Part shown: one piece after another, positions 59,660-64,000 of the stretch | Layout: the number at the start of each line of letters is the position of its first letter | Position numbering within the stretch: position 1 is the first letter of the stretch | DNA from: a virus | Lineage: Duplodnaviria; Heunggongvirae; Uroviricota; Caudoviricetes | Length of the DNA stretch: 64,000 nucleotides | IMG/VR virus record: IMGVR_UViG_3300032046_004423 | Coordinates: 31,358 to 95,357 of that record | Reading direction: 5' to 3' (one strand) | Position numbers and translations under genes: made by a program | Notes under the pieces: model-generated | Seen by the model: only the letters and a program-made list of their open reading frames with translations | Database searches by the model: none | Told to the model about the DNA's origin: nothing

Positions 59660-62305
59660 TTATGATGCCTCCGTCGCAGTTAAAGTAACTACTCCTGACT
59701 TCTCATAACCACCGCTGTAACTTGTTGGAGTATATAATTCCAGTCCCCACTGCGTGCTGTTACCGACTCCCAAATTAGTTACAAGATTATTGTATGTAGG
59801 TTCTTTCTTAACTATAATTGTATAATCACCCCCTACAACTCCTGCCTTCAGCCCATATGTATCTGCCCCTGGTGTTGCTGTGTCATTGAGAGTCCAAGTC
59901 CCTACACCTGTCATATTAGTCCCACTTATGCTTATATTAACTGGCACATCCCCAGTATTGGTGACATTGAAGGCAGTTAACCCTGTAGAATAGGTTGAGT
60001 TCTCCCATACTGTGCCGAAGTCCCAACTAGCAGGAGTATTAGTAATATCTACCTTCAAAGTAGTAAAGTTAGCTGTGCTGTCTGCCCAATCACTTCCTGC
60101 ACTGTTATTGGCATAACATCTGTAATAGTAAGTCGTATTTAGTGTCAGGTTGGAGATGTCTGTATAAAATGTCCCATTTGCTAAGACTCCCTTGTTCTCA
60201 TTATTAGTCCAGTTGCTACTGTTTGTTACTCCATCACTGGTCCCCCAATAGATATGGACTGTACAGTTCTCTCCTCCGTCATTAGTTAAGTTTCCATTTA
60301 ATCTTGCAGTCGTTGTCGTAACATTAGTAGCACCAACCCCATTTGTTACTGTGGGAATTACAGACACTGATGGTTCACCTACAGCATAGCCAACAAGCCA
60401 AAAGTCAGTATTTACGTTAAGTATCTTTCCTTCAATAATATTGTTGGAGTCACATCCTACAAAAGCACTAGGATGAATACAAGCATAGTTATAAATCTCC
60501 TTAGAACTTCCATTCCTCCTCAAGCCATAAGGATATTCTATGCCATCTGTAGTAGTTATCTCAATAAAACCCATTGCAGCGTCAGATGGCAGTGTACTAA
60601 GATCGGTCCAGCTTCTATCTACACTTAAACTAAGGTCTGTGGCATTAGTATAAAAAGTCGCTCCAGCTGTTATATAGCCAACTAAGTACAAGTCAACTGA
60701 GGTATTTCCAATATATCCTTCACATACACTGCCAGAGTCGCACCCTACTATCCAGCCAAAGTCGTTGTGTACTTGCACATCATTCGTTCTATTGTCAGAT
60801 GAACCATTATTTCTTAGACCAAATTTATACTCAGTCTGATTACCAACTACCTCAAATATCAGCCCAATGGCAGCATCGTAGGTTTCGAAGGTGCAATCTA
60901 TGTCAGTCCAGGCATTAGCCACAGTTAGAGACTTATCAATGGCACTAGTTAAGAAAACCACCCCAGTTTCAGTATAGCCAGCTATGTAGATATCAATAGT
61001 AGTCGTGTTGCCAACGTATACCTCAAAGATGTGGTTGGAATCAACTCCGATAGCTGCCCAAAAGAGTGAGTAGTAATAAACAGTAGCTGTTCTGTTATCT
61101 GTACTACCATTCTTGCGCAAGCCAAAAGCTGGGTTACCACCACCTACATCCGCACAACATAAAATTACACCAGTAACATCAGCTCCTAATCCACTTGTAT
61201 AGTCGTCGAGGTCAACATCAGTCCAGTTATTAGCAGTAGTTAGTACTACTTCAATTGGTTCTAATGGGAAAAAGGTTTGTATTAAAGTAGTAAAGTTTAC
61301 TTCAGCTCCATAGCTGTACCCTGCTGAGTTGTGAGCATAAGCTCTAACATAGTACTTAGTCCCTGCAGTAAGCCCAGTAATTAACTCGTTGAAGGTACCA
61401 GTGTCAAATGAGCCTGTTTCCTCTGTTATATTGTCAGCTACTGTAGGACTTCCTATAGTATTCCAGCAAACTCCTCGCTTGTCACAGTTTTCTCCCCCAG
61501 TAGCTGTTATATTTCCATTTCCAGTAGCTTTAGTTACTAATACTTCAGAAGCCGCCTGAGTAGTAACTGTTGGGGGAGTTATATACGTAACATAGAGTTT
61601 AGCTCCGTAAGTAGAGTTTCCAGAAGTATCATAGCAATAACTACGAAGAGTTTTGCTCACATTAGCATTCGGCAGAGCAATTAAGACAATAGCTGTAACA
61701 GCAGTTGTATTCACCAATTCTTGCAGTGGAGCAGCTAAGCTTGGAGAGTTGTACCATCCAACTACTCCACCAGTCACATTGTCCTGTACCCAGGATACAT
61801 TCGCTACTGTTCTTGTCCGATTGGTTGTGTTAGTTATATTATAAGCATCTGTTGTAAGTGTAGTAGGAGATGCTGCCAACTGGAAATACAAATTTATGTT
61901 AGCATCATCGTAAGAAGTGCTATATAAATACAATGAAATATATGCTGTCCCGATAGTAGCATTCTTTGGTATACTAACTTCCCAACGGTGTGCTCCCCAT
62001 AGTGGTACGGGAGATGTTCCAGACCTGTGATAAACAGTAGTGCCAGCAATATCCATGGCACCAGTAGATTGAAGCTCATACCCATCATCACTACTAGCAT
62101 TTACTTGAATATCTATTATAGTAGGACTGTAAGACTGTACTATTGGTATTTTAGGTGGCAGTGTATTAACAGCAAGAGCTACATTAGTACTTACCGACAA
62201 ATATCCTGTGCTGATATTTATAGTTACTCCACCAATAGGCAAGGACAGAAAGCCCATTGCTCCTATCAGGATTATTGCCAAGAATACTGCTAACTGCTTT
62301 CTCAT
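59660..62305 (-). CDS. large secreted repeat protein (881 aa): FN3-like modules, three tandem repeats of about 95 aa and a CARDB-like C-terminal domain; candidate adhesin or receptor-binding protein
   Basis: Signal peptide. The YYVRAYAHNSAGYSYGAEVNFTTL and YYYRCYANNSAGSDWADSTANFTTL pair. Triple repeat FGLR(K/N/R)NGS..., GxDS....E.Y.GNT..D.YL.GY. More than 40 NxS/T sequons. Confidence 0.7.
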   Translation of the reverse strand: MRKQLAVFLAIILIGAMGFLSLPIGGVTINISTGYLSVSTNVALAVNTLPPKIPIVQSYSPTIIDIQVNASSDDGYELQSTGAMDIAGTTVYHRSGTSPVPLWGAHRWEVSIPKNATIGTAYISLYLYSTSYDDANINLYFQLAASPTTLTTDAYNITNTTNRTRTVANVSWVQDNVTGGVVGWYNSPSLAAPLQELVNTTAVTAIVLIALPNANVSKTLRSYCYDTSGNSTYGAKLYVTYITPPTVTTQAASEVLVTKATGNGNITATGGENCDKRGVCWNTIGSPTVADNITEETGSFDTGTFNELITGLTAGTKYYVRAYAHNSAGYSYGAEVNFTTLIQTFFPLEPIEVVLTTANNWTDVDLDDYTSGLGADVTGVILCCADVGGGNPAFGLRKNGSTDNRTATVYYYSLFWAAIGVDSNHIFEVYVGNTTTIDIYIAGYTETGVVFLTSAIDKSLTVANAWTDIDCTFETYDAAIGLIFEVVGNQTEYKFGLRNNGSSDNRTNDVQVHNDFGWIVGCDSGSVCEGYIGNTSVDLYLVGYITAGATFYTNATDLSLSVDRSWTDLSTLPSDAAMGFIEITTTDGIEYPYGLRRNGSSKEIYNYACIHPSAFVGCDSNNIIEGKILNVNTDFWLVGYAVGEPSVSVIPTVTNGVGATNVTTTTARLNGNLTNDGGENCTVHIYWGTSDGVTNSSNWTNNENKGVLANGTFYTDISNLTLNTTYYYRCYANNSAGSDWADSTANFTTLKVDITNTPASWDFGTVWENSTYSTGLTAFNVTNTGDVPVNISISGTNMTGVGTWTLNDTATPGADTYGLKAGVVGGDYTIIVKKEPTYNNLVTNLGVGNSTQWGLELYTPTSYSGGYEKSGVVTLTATEAS

Positions 62306-63138
62306 TTCTTAGCCACCATAACTAAATTCTGAGGAATAAGACCATCATTGTAAGGAAGAATTTTTCCCTCTCTTAACAATACAGTATCCATTTCTCCTAC
62401 TGAGAATCTTACAAGTTGATGTTGTTGCCTAAATATTATTTTACTCATCCACTCAGCAAAAGTTCCTCCCTTAGGAATAAGATTAAGCATACCCTTTGCT
62501 GTTCCACGTAACTGCCATACAATTTTGGTCATACTGGAAAAGTAGTCTTGACCAAAGACCTGCACTTCTCCAAAGTAGTCGAGTAACAGTTGGTGGAGTT
62601 CTTCTAGACAGAACTCCTGAGTATGACACCAGCTAAGTGGCTTGTTTAGTATTGGAGAAGTTGCATTTCTGTTTGGTGTAGAACAGATGAAACTGCCATC
62701 CCCTTTTAATACTCTCTTACACTCTGACAAGAACTTCTTATACTCTTTGATATGTTCGATAGTCTCAAGAGATACTACACAATTAAAGGAATTGTCTACA
62801 AAAGGTAACATAGCAGCGTCTCCACTAATAAATTCTGTCTTCCCACCTCCATAGTATTTAGTTGCATTAGATATAGCTTCTAGCGACTTGTCATACCCAA
62901 TAACTCTACTAGCTCCCTTTTTAGCTAAATAGCTTGAGCCATAGCCAACTCCGCAGGCAATGTCCAGAACATACTTGCCAACAACAAACTGAGAAGCAAA
63001 GACATATCTACCTATATGGTACTGAGAATCCAAGTATGTTATCTCACTACCCTCTAACCACGACCCCCACTCTTGCTTCAGTCTTCCCTTAGACATTCTA
63101 CAATCTTGTGTATTTACCATCCTACCCCTTTTAAGCAT
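62302..63138 (-). CDS. class I SAM-dependent methyltransferase
   Basis: VLDIACGVGYGS (motif I), GYDKS (post I), FNCVVSLETIEHI (motif II). Confidence 0.75.
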   Translation of the reverse strand: MLKRGRMVNTQDCRMSKGRLKQEWGSWLEGSEITYLDSQYHIGRYVFASQFVVGKYVLDIACGVGYGSSYLAKKGASRVIGYDKSLEAISNATKYYGGGKTEFISGDAAMLPFVDNSFNCVVSLETIEHIKEYKKFLSECKRVLKGDGSFICSTPNRNATSPILNKPLSWCHTQEFCLEELHQLLLDYFGEVQVFGQDYFSSMTKIVWQLRGTAKGMLNLIPKGGTFAEWMSKIIFRQQHQLVRFSVGEMDTVLLREGKILPYNDGLIPQNLVMVAKK

Positions 63139-64000
63139 CTGAGTACCTATCCACTAATGATTTATCAAATACCTGCTCCAGCTCATTAGTTGCTTTATCC
63201 CAAGTAAACTCTTTAATATGCCTATAACCTGCCTTGGCAATATTCTCCCTTAATTCCTTATCTTCTATCAATTTAATGATGTTATCAGCCAGCAACTCAG
63301 GATAATATGGTGGAGAGAGCAAGGCAGTTTTATCTGATATAGTAAAGTCGGGAACTCCACCAACATCAGTTGATACCACGGCACACTTGCACGCCATCGC
63401 CTCCATTGGTGGGAGTCCAAAACCTTCAAAGTGACTTGGGAAGATAAAGATATCACAGGAGTTATAGACCTTCCTCAGTTTCTCACCAAAAGGTCTTCTG
63501 TAGAACTCTGCATACGGGGGTACTCCTGCCCCTTTATTTAGACCAAACATGACCAACTGAATATTGGGATGTACTTGTCTTGCATACTCGAAAGCCTTGA
63601 CTCCATCTCCAGTACCCTTCCACTCTTCCTTACGATATGGTATAAGAACTCTAATCCTATCATTTTCCTTTCTCCCATCAGAATAGAAATCCCCCAAGTT
63701 CACAGCATCAAATATCACTGCTTCAACTGGTGCATTGAGGTTGCGGAGTATATTCTTTAACCAGGTTGAGATAACAATGTTTTTTAGCCCAAGTCTATAC
63801 GAATTATTAACCTTCTTCTCCGGACCAGTCCAGGTCTCATAATGCTGGATGAGATAGAATTTCTCACCCTTGTTCTTACTAAACTTGCTTACATAGTAAG
63901 CCGTCTCCCACATCGTGGCCACGATAATGTCGGCATCGGGAATATACTTCTCAGTAAGCCTAGGTACCCTTATCAAGTCTGCTTTGAGGTCGAACCAATC
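63131..64000 (-). CDS. GT4 (GT-B) glycosyltransferase, 5' end beyond the window
   Basis: FIFPSHFEGFGLPPMEAMACKCAVVSTDVGGVPD is the E..G....EAMA.G.PVV signature. The ORF is open to the window edge. Confidence 0.75.
   Translation of the reverse strand, partial: DWFDLKADLIRVPRLTEKYIPDADIIVATMWETAYYVSKFSKNKGEKFYLIQHYETWTGPEKKVNNSYRLGLKNIVISTWLKNILRNLNAPVEAVIFDAVNLGDFYSDGRKENDRIRVLIPYRKEEWKGTGDGVKAFEYARQVHPNIQLVMFGLNKGAGVPPYAEFYRRPFGEKLRKVYNSCDIFIFPSHFEGFGLPPMEAMACKCAVVSTDVGGVPDFTISDKTALLSPPYYPELLADNIIKLIEDKELRENIAKAGYRHIKEFTWDKATNELEQVFDKSLVDRYSDA

Noticed and set aside
21011-62305. Using the NxS/T sequon richness to assign an archaeal host
   Set aside because: An AT-rich genome inflates Asn, Ser and Thr. 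SPase-I and lipobox signals, PolA, QueF and Zot fit bacteria as well. The host is left undetermined.
1-64000. CRISPR arrays, rRNA and canonical tRNA genes
   Set aside because: No regularly spaced direct repeats were seen, and no GGTTCGAATCC-type T-loop or rRNA-like conserved blocks. The only RNA candidates are the Y-RNA-like hairpins and the leader structures.

Overview
This window looks like a dense segment of a large dsDNA virus or phage genome from a low-GC prokaryote. Ribosome-binding sites of the GGAGG type are common, and SPase-I and lipobox signals suggest a bacterial host. An archaeal host cannot be excluded.

Positions 1-38.9 kb are transcribed on the plus strand and carry DNA-metabolism and DNA-modification genes:
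- A dispersed 7-deazaguanine pathway (FolE, QueD, QueE, QueC, QueF), two minimal TGT/DpdA-like transglycosylases, a second QueC paralog and a cysteine-less QueE pseudo-paralog.
- A QueE interrupted by a 376-aa HNH-bearing intein, inserted at the radical-SAM cysteine.
- RusA, RNase H, a mini-UvrD helicase, a PD-(D/E)XK nuclease and a Ro60/TROVE-vWA protein preceded by three Y-RNA-like hairpins.
- Macro and NADAR domains that may reverse ADP-ribosylation, a MazG-like protein, an HNH nuclease, a TSCPD protein and a flotillin-like SPFH protein.
- A UDG-like/3'-5' exo/family A DNA polymerase fusion next to a protein-primed family B polymerase.

Positions 39.2-64 kb are transcribed on the minus strand:
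- A compact ATP-dependent DNA ligase and several K/R-rich proteins.
- Four paralogous HExxHxxLGH (ImmA/IrrE-like) zincins, a SpeH-type AdoMetDC and a Zot-like ATPase fused to a DnaJ-type zinc finger.
- A surface-glycosylation-like locus: a GT2-MTase fusion, polytopic membrane proteins, a GT4 and a SAM methyltransferase, plus secreted FN3/CARDB-like repeat proteins that are extremely rich in NxS/T sequons.

No rRNA, tRNA or CRISPR array was detected.
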